A DNA stretch of 64,000 nucleotides from an uncultured delta proteobacterium (GCA_963766715.1 CAVYBH010000014.1:32001-96000); one strand, 5' to 3'. Positions 33,157-42,216 are shown, counted from the stretch's first letter. The notes: generated by a model from the sequence alone, not told the origin. Numbers and translations: made by a program.

Positions 33157-35409
33157 CTAGCCCGGGTTCGGCCCGTTGTGGCAGGTGTAGCAGCCGATGA
33201 CGGTGCCGGCCGAGAGCGTCCTCCCGGCCAGCGACCTCGTGGCGAACATCTTCGAGAGCACCGTGCCGCGGTAGTCGGCGCCGTGGCAGGGCTGGCAGGC
33301 GGTGACCGGCGTGGTCGACCGGAACGAGTCGGAGTGGTGCGCCTCCACCCACGCGGATCCGACCGGGTGCATCCCGTGCGGTCCGCCGAGCCCGTTCGTC
33401 GGAGGCGCCTGGTGGCAGGTGCTGCACTCCCCGATCGTCCCGGCGTGTCCCTGGAGCTGCGTCGCGGCCACGTTGTCGTTGGGATTCGCCGACCAGATGG
33501 CGTGCGTGGAGCCGTGGCAGGCCTCGCAGGCGAGGCCGCCGTGCCCCTTGCTCTTGCGGAACATCTTGTTGGGCTCCTCCGCGAAGCGCTTGTTCGTCGC
33601 GACGATGGGCGAGGCCGAGGCGTCACCGTTCCGGAACGCGTTGTTGAAGCGCAGGCCGTCGGCGGCCAGCGGCGGCGCGTTCGTCACCGTCGTCTTCGAC
33701 GTCGCGTCGTTGGCGTGGCAGCTCTGGCAGCGCGGGACGTCCTGCCAGGGGCGCCGCGACTTCCCGTCGTTCGTGCCGTCGATGCTGCCGCCGGCGAGCA
33801 GCAGGGACTGGCCGCCCACGGCCGCCATGTTGCCGTGGCAGTTCTGGCAGTCGACCTTGGTGGTCATCGCGCCGCGGAGGCACTGGGTCGAGGCGCCGGG
33901 GTGGCACTGGTAGCAGGACTGTGCGGTCGCGGCCGGGACCGTTCCGCCCACGGGCACCGGCGTGTCGGACAGGCCCGTCATCTTGTTGGCGTGGTAGGCG
34001 TGCATGACGCTCGACATCGTCGCGTGGGCGGTCTGGCTGCCGCCGGGACCCGTGCCGGCGAGGTCGAGCGCCGGGGAGTAGTGGCAGGCCGCGCAGAGGA
34101 CGGGCGCCTGGAGGTTCGTGCCCGTCCGCGCGTTGTGGAGGATGAGGACGTTGCGCCGGGCCTGGCTCTCCAGATCGGCGTCCGTCGACCAGGTCTGGGC
34201 GCCCGCGGGGGCCGCGACCTTGCCGGTGGCGTGGCAGTTCTGGCAGGAGGTCTCCTCGGAGACCGGCAGCACCACGTCGGTGGAGGCCAGCGCCTTGCCG
34301 TTCACGTCGAAGGCCGAGAAGCGCATGAGCGGGTAGCGGTTCACCTGACCGGCATCGTCGACGGGGAAGATCGGCACGCCCGGCGCCTTGAAGAGCCCGA
34401 GCGCGAGGTCCCACTGCAGCGTGGTGCCGTCCTGGTTCGGGGCGTCCTTGGGCATCCACATCCCCTGCAGCCCCTGGCCCGGGGCCAGCGCGGCGCCGTA
34501 GAGCGGGAGCACGTACTGCCAGAAGTTGCTCTTGCCGATGCTGGTGGAGTTGATCGACCCGGTGGCGTCGGCGATGGCGGAGTACCGGACGTTCACCTGC
34601 GAGTGGTCGAGGACGATGGGCTTGCCCGAGCTCTGGAGCGCGACGACCTGCGCGTCGACCACGTTGTAGGGGGGAAGGATGGAGAAGACGGCGAAGTTGC
34701 TGTCCACGCAGTGCATGCCGAGGTCGTTGTTCGCGAAGACCTTGTAGGCCGTCGCGGTCGGCGTCGTGCCGGGCGGGACGTAGGTGCAGGACTGCGTCAG
34801 CAGGGGCGTCCCGGTGCACCCGGACGGCGACGAGGACGACACGGTGCGCGTCTGGGTGCCGTCCGACTGGCAGGTGCTCCAGGCGCCATAGGTGTACGTG
34901 CAGGCGGTGGGGACGTAGGTGCAGGACTGGGTGAGCACGGGCGTCCCGGTGCACCCGTCCGGCGAGGAGGAGGTCACGGTGCGCGTCTGGGTGCCGTCCG
35001 GCTGGCAGGCGCCCCAGGAACCATAGCCGTAGCTGCAGACGAGGGCGGAGAGCGCCCAGTTGGCCGTGACGGTCCCCTTCCTGGGCACGTTCACGCTCCT
35101 CGTCTGGGTCGCGTACCCGCTCCTCGTCGCGGTGACCTCGTAGGTGCCCCTGGTCAGCGCCAGCCGGTAGGAGCCGTCGGCGGCGGTCTGGGTGGTGCGC
35201 CCGCTGGCGGAGACGACGACGCCCGCCAGCGCCGCGCCCGTCGAGGCGTCGGTCGCCTTCCCGACGATGGCGGTGGCGGCCTGGCCGCCGGCGTCGGCCG
35301 AGGCGCCCCCGTCGACGTTGGTGCTGGCGGGGTCGCTCTGGCTCGAGGCGCCACAGGCGGTGAGGAGGGATCCGATCGTGACCACTGCGGCGAGGGTTCG
35401 TCTGGTCAT
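33157..35409 (-). CDS. Multihaem (9 CXXCH) c-type cytochrome lipoprotein with a carboxypeptidase-regulatory-like domain and two Cys-rich repeats
   Basis: SD AGAGGA, lipobox LTAC, NNDLGMHC, and CXXCH at CQNCH, CAACH, CYQCH, CQNCH, CQSCH, CEACH, CSTCH, CQPCH, CYTCH. Confidence 0.9.
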   Translation of the reverse strand: MTRRTLAAVVTIGSLLTACGASSQSDPASTNVDGGASADAGGQAATAIVGKATDASTGAALAGVVVSASGRTTQTAADGSYRLALTRGTYEVTATRSGYATQTRSVNVPRKGTVTANWALSALVCSYGYGSWGACQPDGTQTRTVTSSSPDGCTGTPVLTQSCTYVPTACTYTYGAWSTCQSDGTQTRTVSSSSPSGCTGTPLLTQSCTYVPPGTTPTATAYKVFANNDLGMHCVDSNFAVFSILPPYNVVDAQVVALQSSGKPIVLDHSQVNVRYSAIADATGSINSTSIGKSNFWQYVLPLYGAALAPGQGLQGMWMPKDAPNQDGTTLQWDLALGLFKAPGVPIFPVDDAGQVNRYPLMRFSAFDVNGKALASTDVVLPVSEETSCQNCHATGKVAAPAGAQTWSTDADLESQARRNVLILHNARTGTNLQAPVLCAACHYSPALDLAGTGPGGSQTAHATMSSVMHAYHANKMTGLSDTPVPVGGTVPAATAQSCYQCHPGASTQCLRGAMTTKVDCQNCHGNMAAVGGQSLLLAGGSIDGTNDGKSRRPWQDVPRCQSCHANDATSKTTVTNAPPLAADGLRFNNAFRNGDASASPIVATNKRFAEEPNKMFRKSKGHGGLACEACHGSTHAIWSANPNDNVAATQLQGHAGTIGECSTCHQAPPTNGLGGPHGMHPVGSAWVEAHHSDSFRSTTPVTACQPCHGADYRGTVLSKMFATRSLAGRTLSAGTVIGCYTCHNGPNPG
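34768..35037 (-). repeat. Two tandem 135-bp (45 aa) Cys-rich repeats within the cytochrome
   Basis: C.Y.YG.W..CQ.DGTQTRTV.SSSP.GCTGTP.LTQSCTYVP occurs twice. Confidence 0.9.
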
Positions 35410-35524
35410 GGTTCCTCTTTTGCTCAGGGTGAACACTAGCTCGTCATCCGGACGGGCGGCACGGGGCCACCGGCACGGGACGCGAGTCGTTTGAACCCGG
35501 GACAGGGCAAAAGGGTGCGGCTTT

Positions 35525-35593
35525 TTGTCACTCATTCATGTGACAAGTGAATCCCGCCGTGATTCCGGCGGCTTGGTTGCAGCTGCAACCAAG
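35525..35593. promoter_or_regulatory. Cluster of inverted repeats upstream of the multihaem cytochrome
   Basis: TTGTCAC-N8-GTGACAA (35525-35546) and the perfect 22-bp palindrome CTTGGTTGCAGCTGCAACCAAG (35572-35593). Confidence 0.55.
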
Positions 35594-35672
35594 AAGCGCG
35601 CGGGCGAGGCGCACATCCGAGCACACGACCAACGGGGGAGGCCGGCGCCAGGCGTCGTCCTGCTCGACCGGA

Positions 35673-36572
35673 TCAGCTGGCCAGCGCCGGGCCCGGGATG
35701 CCCGCCACCCCGGCCAGGTCGCTCTCGACGTCGTCGGCGATCCCGGCGAGCCCGAGCATGGCCTGTGCGAGGTGCGCCGCATGGAAGGGCGCGCCCGGGA
35801 GATCGACCGCGAGGAAGATCGCCCCGTCGGCGAGGACCACGCGGCAGAGCGTCATCCGCGCGTTCATCCGGTGCAGGAGCGCGAGCAGGTCCTCGTCCAC
35901 GGACCCGGGCTGGGCGATCCGCACGTAGACCCGCACCACCGTGGGCGCCTCGCGAACCTGGACGAAGCCGATGCGCGAGCCGATCCGGACCGCCAGGTCG
36001 CCGTCCGCGTCGTAGGCGAGGGTGAGGTCGCCCATGGCGTTCCGCGCCGCCGCCAGCACCCGGGCGCGCAGCCGCGCGATCGGCGCCCGCGGCTTGCGCG
36101 GCTTCGGGCGCGCGGGCTCGGGCTCCCGGGGGATGTGGAGCGCCGGAAGGACGAGCGCGTGCCCCTCGGGATCGAAGGCCTTGTAGGTCAGGTCGCTGGG
36201 GTCGGGGATGCGGTGGACGAGCGAGAGGGTCCGGACCGCGATGCGGGCGATCTCCTCGGCGGGGACGGGCCTCGGGAACTCCCGGAAGAAGTTGGGGGAG
36301 CCCTTCGGCACCGGGACGGGCGAGGGCGAGTCGGGCGCGTGGGTGGGGGCCTTCCAGCCGAGCGCCTCGAGCGCCGCCACCTGCTCCTCGGTGAGCTTCT
36401 CGGCCGGCGCCAGGTAGCCGTTGCTCACGGTCTCGGAGAAGACGCCTTCCTCGGGGGAGGCGTTGAACTGGACGAAGCGGTGTCCGGCCCGGGAGGAGAC
36501 GATGAGGATCTCGTCCTTCAGCACCGACAGGGCGCTGGCCAGGTCCCGCTCGAATGCGCTCCACTCGCTCAT
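35673..36572 (-). CDS. T3SS-chaperone/YbjN-like (TY-Chap-type) peptide-binding chaperone
   Basis: RFVQF..SETVSN.YL...L.ALGW.AP...NF..E...A....RTL..V.....P..L.Y.AF, then a YbjN-like D.DGDL..R.GS domain. SD GGAGGT. Confidence 0.65.
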   Translation of the reverse strand: MSEWSAFERDLASALSVLKDEILIVSSRAGHRFVQFNASPEEGVFSETVSNGYLAPAEKLTEEQVAALEALGWKAPTHAPDSPSPVPVPKGSPNFFREFPRPVPAEEIARIAVRTLSLVHRIPDPSDLTYKAFDPEGHALVLPALHIPREPEPARPKPRKPRAPIARLRARVLAAARNAMGDLTLAYDADGDLAVRIGSRIGFVQVREAPTVVRVYVRIAQPGSVDEDLLALLHRMNARMTLCRVVLADGAIFLAVDLPGAPFHAAHLAQAMLGLAGIADDVESDLAGVAGIPGPALAS

Positions 36573-36590
36573 CTTCCACCTCCCAGGAGA

Positions 36591-36611
36591 AGCCTACCGG
36601 GAGGACGGACA
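36591..36611 (-). promoter_or_regulatory. Shared promoter motif, copy 1 (before the chaperone gene)
   Basis: TGTCCGTCCTCCCGGTAGGCT. Confidence 0.6.
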
Positions 36612-36623
36612 CGAGCCGGGCGT

Positions 36624-37591
36624 CTACCTGCGCGTACAACCGGGCGAGCTGCGCCACCCGGTCGCCGAGCTGCGCGCGCACGTCGGGCGGGCCGGCGATC
36701 TCCGCCTGGCCACCCCAGCCGAGAACCCAGCCGAGGAGGAAGTTGCCGGGCGCCAGCCGGGCCCGGACCGTGACCGCGCCATCGGCGTCCCGGGTGGCCC
36801 GATCCGGCCAGTGCTCGACCGCGAGGGCGGCCGCCTCGCCGGTGAAGCGGACCGCGACGTCCCGCTCCGCGCCCGACTGGAAGTAGAGCTGGCGGGTGCG
36901 GAAGCGATCGAGGGGCGGTCCCTTGTGGTCGCCGAAGATCCGGGTCCCCAGGACCACCGACGCGATCCGGTCGAGCCGGTAGAGGTGCTCCTCGCCCTTC
37001 GCCACGTTCCAGGCCGCCAGGTACCAGTGGCCGTCCTTGTGGAAGACGGTCCGCGGCTCCAGCGTGCGGGAGGAGAGCGTCCCGGAGGCCTCGGCGCGGT
37101 AGTCGACCGTCACCTCGACACGGCGCTCGATGGCCTCGGCGAGCGAGTCGGCCCACTCGCCGGGCGGGTCGACCTGGAAGTCGACGGCGCGCGAGAGGCC
37201 CCGGGCGGTGTCCCGGAAGGGCTCCGGGACGGCGCGGACCAGCTTCCTCAGGGCGGACGCCACCGTCCTGCCCGGCGCTCCGCTCGAAGGGGCGAAGCGC
37301 GGCGAGCAGCGCCGCCCCCTCGCGGAGGGACAGCGGGGGTGGTGACTCCAGGTGAAGGACGCGATCGACGACGACGCGACCCCCGTCGAGGGAGACCATC
37401 AGGCCGCCCTCCGGCATGGAGGGCCCGAAATCGAGCAGGCCCAGCGTGGTGACGATCTCCTCGATCTCCTTGGCGCTGCGCGCGCCCGTCACCTGGACGG
37501 CCCGCTCCATGGCGAGCCCCTTCGGCCCGGCGCGCCAGGCCTCCGGGATGAGGAGCAGCATCCTGCGGACCTGCGTGACCGGGTTCGTCAT
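36624..37591 (-). CDS. HTH-WYL-WCX transcriptional regulator, PafC-like (frameshift near 37270; stop approximate)
   Basis: QVRRMLLLIP, PPPLSLREGAALLAAL, SALRKL, RTLEP..GHWYLAAW..YRLDRI, GWVLGWGGQAEIAGP. Confidence 0.85.
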
Positions 37592-38614
37592 CCCGCCGTC
37601 TCCCGGGCCAGGCGGCCGGACAGGGCGGCCAGGATCTCCCGCGCCATCTCGCGCCCCTCGGCGGGCTCGAGCAGCTCGGCCTCGGGTCCCCAGGCGAGCG
37701 CCTGCCGCACCAGGCCGCCCAGGTTGCGGACCTCGAGGCGGGCCACCCGGGCGTTGTCCGGCTCGCGCGAGAAGCGGGCCGTGGGCAGGAGCTTCGGCGC
37801 GAGCGCGGCGAGGGACCCCCGGAAGCGAACCAGCGCCATGCGAGGCTCGTGGACGAAGTAGTCCCAGGTCTCCTGGCGCGACCAGCTCCGGATGTCGAAG
37901 TCGGCCGGGATGGCGTAGTCGGCCTTCTTGGCCTGCGCCGGGGCGACGGCGAGCGACTGCACGCGCTCCAGGTAGAACACGCGGACCGCGTCGCGCATGT
38001 GGCAGTGGCCGGCGAAGATCCAGTGCCCGCGGCGCCAGGCGTATCCGTAGACGTCGACGAGACGCTGGGTGACGGTGCCGTCGCTCTTGCGATAGGCCAC
38101 CTTCACCCGCTTCCGCCGCTCGATCGCGTCGGCCAGCGTGCCGAGCCACTTGCGGAGCGCGGCGGGCTCGGGGACGGACCACTGCTCCCTCGAGGAGCGC
38201 GGCCTTCGGCGGGAGCCCCTTCGCCCCCACCACGAGCTTGCGCAGCGCCGTCTCCAGGTCGTCGGAAAGGGGATGGTCGTGGGTGCGGAGCGCGGCCAGG
38301 CCGGCCATCCAGACCACCGAGGCCTCGTCGGGGGCGAAGTCGAGCCGGGGAAGGGTGCAGGAGGTGGCCTCCACGAGGTAGGCGCCCTCGCGCCCCTCCT
38401 CCTCGAGGAACTGCACCGGGATGCCCAGCTTCCGGAGGTCCTGCTTGTCGCGGGTCCACTTCTTCTCCCGCGCCTCGTCCTTGCCCGCGTAATCGTCCGG
38501 GAAGGCCTCGTAGACCTGCTGCCGCGTCACCGGCTCGCCGTGGTTCGAGAGCCAGGTCGCGAGCTGGAGGAGTCGCGCCTCGGCCGCCGTTCCACGCTTT
38601 CCGGTCGATGGCAT
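37588..38614 (-). CDS. HTH-WYL-WCX transcriptional regulator, PafB-like (frameshift near 38180-38200)
   Basis: RLLQLATWL..PVT..Y....EAREKKWTRDKQDLRKLGIP, ALRKL, RLVDVYG..GHWIFAGHCHMRDAVRVFYLERV, ALAWGPEAELLEP. Confidence 0.87.
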
Positions 38615-38631
38615 GAGCGAGGCAGTGTAGC

Positions 38632-39158
38632 TCACGGTGCGTGAGACGGCGAGTTCAGCTCGGCCCCTTCACCGAGTGACAGGACCAGTCCCGGCGAGGG
38701 TCGGGGAGCCCGGTGGTGCGCAGGTGGCAGAGCACCGTGCCCCGGGCCGGCTGCTCGCGGAGCGCCGAGGGGAAGAGCGCGGTCGCGATTCGCGCGAGCG
38801 GCGGGCGCAGCCGGACGGTGACGCGGACGGGTGGCTCGGGGCTGCCCGAGTCGAGGAACCCCGCGGTGGAGAAGAACCGGAGGTCGAAGCCGGGCGGGGC
38901 GAGCCCCCGCCGGGCCCGCGCCCGCATCACCCTCACCCGGAGGACGCGGTCGAGGCGGAAGAGCCGGAAGGCCTTCCTGCGGTGGCAGAAGGCCGCCAGG
39001 TGCCAGACGCCCTCCCGCCAGGCGAGCCCCAGGACGTCCACCTCCCGGTCGGTCCGGATGCCGCCACCGTCCTCGTACCGGAACCACGCCCGGCGTCCCT
39101 CGGCGAGGGCGCGGGCGAGGGGAAGGAGGGCCTTCCGGGCGGGGCGGGGCTGGGTCAC
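38632..39158 (-). CDS. Stand-alone WYL(-WCX) domain protein without an N-terminal HTH
   Basis: LARALAEGRR..FRY..TDREVDVLGL..GVWHLAAFCHRRKAFRLFRLDRV. Both ends are approximate. Confidence 0.78.
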
Positions 39159-39189
39159 GGCATGGAGAGCCCCCGGGGGCTCGGAGGCC

Positions 39190-39210
39190 ATCTTGGCCGG
39201 CCCACGGACA
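39190..39210 (-). promoter_or_regulatory. Shared promoter motif, copy 2 (before the stand-alone WYL gene)
   Basis: TGTCCGTGGGCCGGCCAAGAT. Confidence 0.5.
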
Positions 39211-39235
39211 CCGGCCGCCCGCCAGGCGCCGAGGC

Positions 39236-40849
39236 TCAGCCGGGCAGGCCGGGCCAGGAGCCGGTGGCCCCGGCCGGACCCACCACGCGCGCAGCCGTGA
39301 GCGCGCGGGTGAGGGCGATGTGCATGCGGGTTCCGAAGCGCTCCCGGTCCGCCGCTCCCACGTCCGCGACCAGGATGACCGGGCGCTCCAGCCCCTTCCA
39401 GCGCAGGAAGGTGTCGGCGACCAGCCGGTCCTCCATGCCGTCGGACCCGGCGCCCACGAAGGCGTGCCGGCCCAGCGCCGGGGCGTGGTGGACGGCGTCC
39501 TTCGCGTTCTGGCCGCGCAGCGACACGACGCCCACGTCGCCGGGCTTCACGCCTTGTGAATAGAGCCGGTCGATCTCCGCCCCCACGCAGGCGGCCACCC
39601 GGGCCGGGTCGTCGCAGGGGACGAGCCCGAGCGTCCCGTCGAGGACCGCCTTGCGGACGAGCGCCTCGTCGGAGGGCTCGCCCAGGTAGCGGCGCGCCAG
39701 CGCCTCGATGCCCGGAGGCGAGCGCCGGCCCCGGCCGAGCGGGAAGGGAGCGGGGAAGAGGCCGGCCGGGGGCTCGCGGTCCGGCCAGAAGGCCTGCCCG
39801 GTGTCGCGGAAGGCCCAGAGCCGCTTCCCTTCGGCCAGGCGCCCCACCAGGTACCAGGCCTCGAAGTCGAAGTCCTGCGCCTCGTCGACGACAATCGAGT
39901 CCCAGCGCGGCGTGCAGACGTCGGCGGCGCGCTCGCAGAACTTCCGCCAGGTCGAGGTGTCGGAGAAGTCGGCGCCGCCGTCCGGGCCGTCCACCTTCTC
40001 GGCCTCCGACTTGGCCAGTCCACCCACGGTGTGGACCTCAATCCCGCTGCCGTCGAGCCGCGCGCGCAGCCAGCGCCCGAGGGGCTGGGTGAAGCAGAGG
40101 AGCAGCGGCTTCCGCCCCGCCGCGAGCTCCCGGCGGGCGGCCTCCACCGCGAGCAGCGTCTTGCCCGTGCCGGCCCCGCCCTGCACCAGCGCCCGCTCCT
40201 GCCCGGAGAGCAGGTCGAGGGTGGCGAGCTGGATCTCGTCGAGGTCGAGGTGCGCGCGGCGCGCCTCCTCCACCCGGTGGCCGAGGGACAGGGAGGGCGC
40301 CCAGGTCTCGCCCCACATCTGGTGGAGCCGCTTCGTCCACTCCCCGCGCCCGCCGTCGGCCGGGGGCAGCGCGCGCTCGATCACGGCCGGGAGGTACTGG
40401 TCCAGCCAGGAGAGGTGGTTCTTGCCCAGCACGACGCCGCGGAGGTCGTCCTGCCACGGCTGCTCGTCGAACTCGACGTCGGGAAAGGCCACCGCCGCGC
40501 CCCAGGCCGGAGGCCAGCAGTTCCACTCGCCGAGCCGATCGCGAAGGCGCCGCACGAAGCCGTTTCCCTGGTCGAGCGGGGCCTTCTCGAGCTGCTTCCC
40601 GTTCGAGTACCAGAGGCCGCCGCGCTGCTCGATCTGCCCGCCCTTCACCTCGAGCACGAGCAGGCCGCGCTCCGGGTGGGCCAGGACGAAGTCGCCCTCT
40701 CCCAGGAAGTTCTTGCCGTCGCGGATGCGCAGGGAGTGCCAGGCGGTCCAGCCGGCGGGGAGCCCGGCCTTGAGCCGGGACCAGACGGTCCGCTCCCCGT
40801 GGGACGACGCGGGCCGGGGAGCGTCGGACGGCCAGAGCTTTCCGGGCAT
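39236..40849 (-). CDS. NERD nuclease-like domain fused to an SF1-type helicase/ATPase
   Basis: GEGDFVLAHPERGLLVLEVKGG; Walker A GGAGTGKT; Walker B IVVDEAQD; KGLE; IALTRA. Confidence 0.88.
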   Translation of the reverse strand: MPGKLWPSDAPRPASSHGERTVWSRLKAGLPAGWTAWHSLRIRDGKNFLGEGDFVLAHPERGLLVLEVKGGQIEQRGGLWYSNGKQLEKAPLDQGNGFVRRLRDRLGEWNCWPPAWGAAVAFPDVEFDEQPWQDDLRGVVLGKNHLSWLDQYLPAVIERALPPADGGRGEWTKRLHQMWGETWAPSLSLGHRVEEARRAHLDLDEIQLATLDLLSGQERALVQGGAGTGKTLLAVEAARRELAAGRKPLLLCFTQPLGRWLRARLDGSGIEVHTVGGLAKSEAEKVDGPDGGADFSDTSTWRKFCERAADVCTPRWDSIVVDEAQDFDFEAWYLVGRLAEGKRLWAFRDTGQAFWPDREPPAGLFPAPFPLGRGRRSPPGIEALARRYLGEPSDEALVRKAVLDGTLGLVPCDDPARVAACVGAEIDRLYSQGVKPGDVGVVSLRGQNAKDAVHHAPALGRHAFVGAGSDGMEDRLVADTFLRWKGLERPVILVADVGAADRERFGTRMHIALTRALTAARVVGPAGATGSWPGLPG

Positions 40850-40879
40850 CCGCGCAGCCTGACACGCGGGAGCCGTCCG

Positions 40880-41434
40880 TCAACCGCGCGACCGCCCCAC
40901 GTGGGCCGCGAACCGCTCGACGAAGCGCTCCTGGTCCGGGACCTCGATGGCGCCCGGCCGGGCCCGGCGAACCGCCTCGATGGCCGTCGACGGCGCCTTT
41001 CCCGTCGCGACCAGGCAGCAGGCGGCGATGGTCCCGCTGCGCCCCAGCCCTCCCAGGCAGTGGACGACCACGGTCTCCGCGCGCGCCAGGCTCCGCAGGA
41101 TCCGGGTGACGAGGCGGGACGTCGCCTCCAGCGAGGAGGGGACGGAGACGTCGGGGATGGGGAACCAGAAGCTCGCGATGCCGGCCCGACGGAGCACGCC
41201 CCGGAGGCCGTCGATGGCGAAGCGCTCCATCTCGAGCTCCTCCATGAGGGTGACGACCACGTCCGCTCCGTGGGCGTCGCGCAGGAGGGCCACGTCCATG
41301 CGGAGGAGGTTCTCCGACGGGTCGCGGCCGGGGCGCCACCGACCCGGCGCCTGCGTGAGCCCCAGCCGTCCCGGCAGCCCGTGGTCGCTCGAGGCGAGGA
41401 AGTCGACCCGCGCCTCGCGGGGGTCGGCCGCCAT
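40880..41434 (-). CDS. Protein-tyrosine/dual-specificity phosphatase (CDKN3-like)
   Basis: LGLTQAPGR, FPIPDVSVP, HCLGGLGRSG (CX5R), RPGAIE..DQ. Confidence 0.88.
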   Translation of the reverse strand: MAADPREARVDFLASSDHGLPGRLGLTQAPGRWRPGRDPSENLLRMDVALLRDAHGADVVVTLMEELEMERFAIDGLRGVLRRAGIASFWFPIPDVSVPSSLEATSRLVTRILRSLARAETVVVHCLGGLGRSGTIAACCLVATGKAPSTAIEAVRRARPGAIEVPDQERFVERFAAHVGRSRG

Positions 41435-42114
41435 CAGCAGACCTCCAGGACGACGACCCCCAGCTGCTCGAGGAGGTCGGTGCCGACGATGGCCTCCACG
41501 CCGAGCAGGCGCATCGCCATCGAGACCGACGAGGGGGGCTCGGCGAAGTCGACCGTCACCTCCCGGCCCCGGAAGACGGCCCGGCCGCGGCGAAGCGGCA
41601 CCTCGAAGTCCCCCTCGCCGTGGAAGAAGTCGCGCGCCCGGCCGGCCACGGGGAACCCGCTGGCCTGCGCGGCGGACAGGTACGACACCGGAGCGCCCGT
41701 GTCGACGACCGCGGTCACCGGGGCGCCCCAGATGAGGAGGTCCTCGATGATGAACCGCTGCCGGACGGCGCCGGGCACGTGGGTGGCGAAGCCCGGCGCG
41801 AGGTCGATGCGGAGGAGACGCGAGGTGAAGTCGAGGACCAGCCGGTGGCCCCAGAGCAGGTCGGTGCCGAGCAGCAGGTCGAAGTCGAAGTCCGGCGCCA
41901 CGCCGGGAAGCTGCCGGATGTGCTCCACCGCGGTGTCGACGGTGAACCCGAGGATGCCCGGGGAGACCCGGTGCTCGTCGCCGAGGAGCCGCATCCCGTC
42001 GCACCGCCCGAAGGTGACCGACGAGCCCGTGTCGAGCAGCGCCCTCCGGTCCCGGATGCGGGTGACGACGTGTCCGGCGACCAGGTCGAAGGGAGCGAGG
42101 AGAGGGCCAGGCAT
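41434..42114 (-). CDS. Two-domain retropepsin-like aspartyl protease
   Basis: ALLDTGS..LLGTDLL and AVVDTGA..IVGTDLL. No signal peptide. Confidence 0.7.
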   Translation of the reverse strand: MPGPLLAPFDLVAGHVVTRIRDRRALLDTGSSVTFGRCDGMRLLGDEHRVSPGILGFTVDTAVEHIRQLPGVAPDFDFDLLLGTDLLWGHRLVLDFTSRLLRIDLAPGFATHVPGAVRQRFIIEDLLIWGAPVTAVVDTGAPVSYLSAAQASGFPVAGRARDFFHGEGDFEVPLRRGRAVFRGREVTVDFAEPPSSVSMAMRLLGVEAIVGTDLLEQLGVVVLEVC

Positions 42115-42123
42115 TACACGGCG

Positions 42124-42144
42124 AGTGTCGAGCGTGGACGGACA
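42124..42144 (-). promoter_or_regulatory. Shared promoter motif, copy 3 (before the protease gene)
   Basis: TGTCCGTCCACGCTCGACACT. Confidence 0.55.
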
Positions 42145-42216
42145 TGGGCAGGAACCCGTCCGTGCCCTCACAGGGTGTAGACGAGCCACTGCAGCCAATC
42201 TGACGCCCCGTGAGGG

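Noticed and set aside
28012..35439. Very long plus-strand ORFs (1245 aa, 1158 aa) and similar antisense ORFs elsewhere
   Set aside because: They are shadows of real genes on the opposite strand, as expected at this GC content.
35410..35525. c-di-GMP/GEMM riboswitch upstream of the cytochrome
   Set aside because: ACAGGGCAAA is on the wrong strand, and the GAAA tetraloop and GCAAAGC elements are missing.
42165..42216. Integron attC site
   Set aside because: No RYYYAAC/GTTRRRY ends, only one copy, and no integrase.
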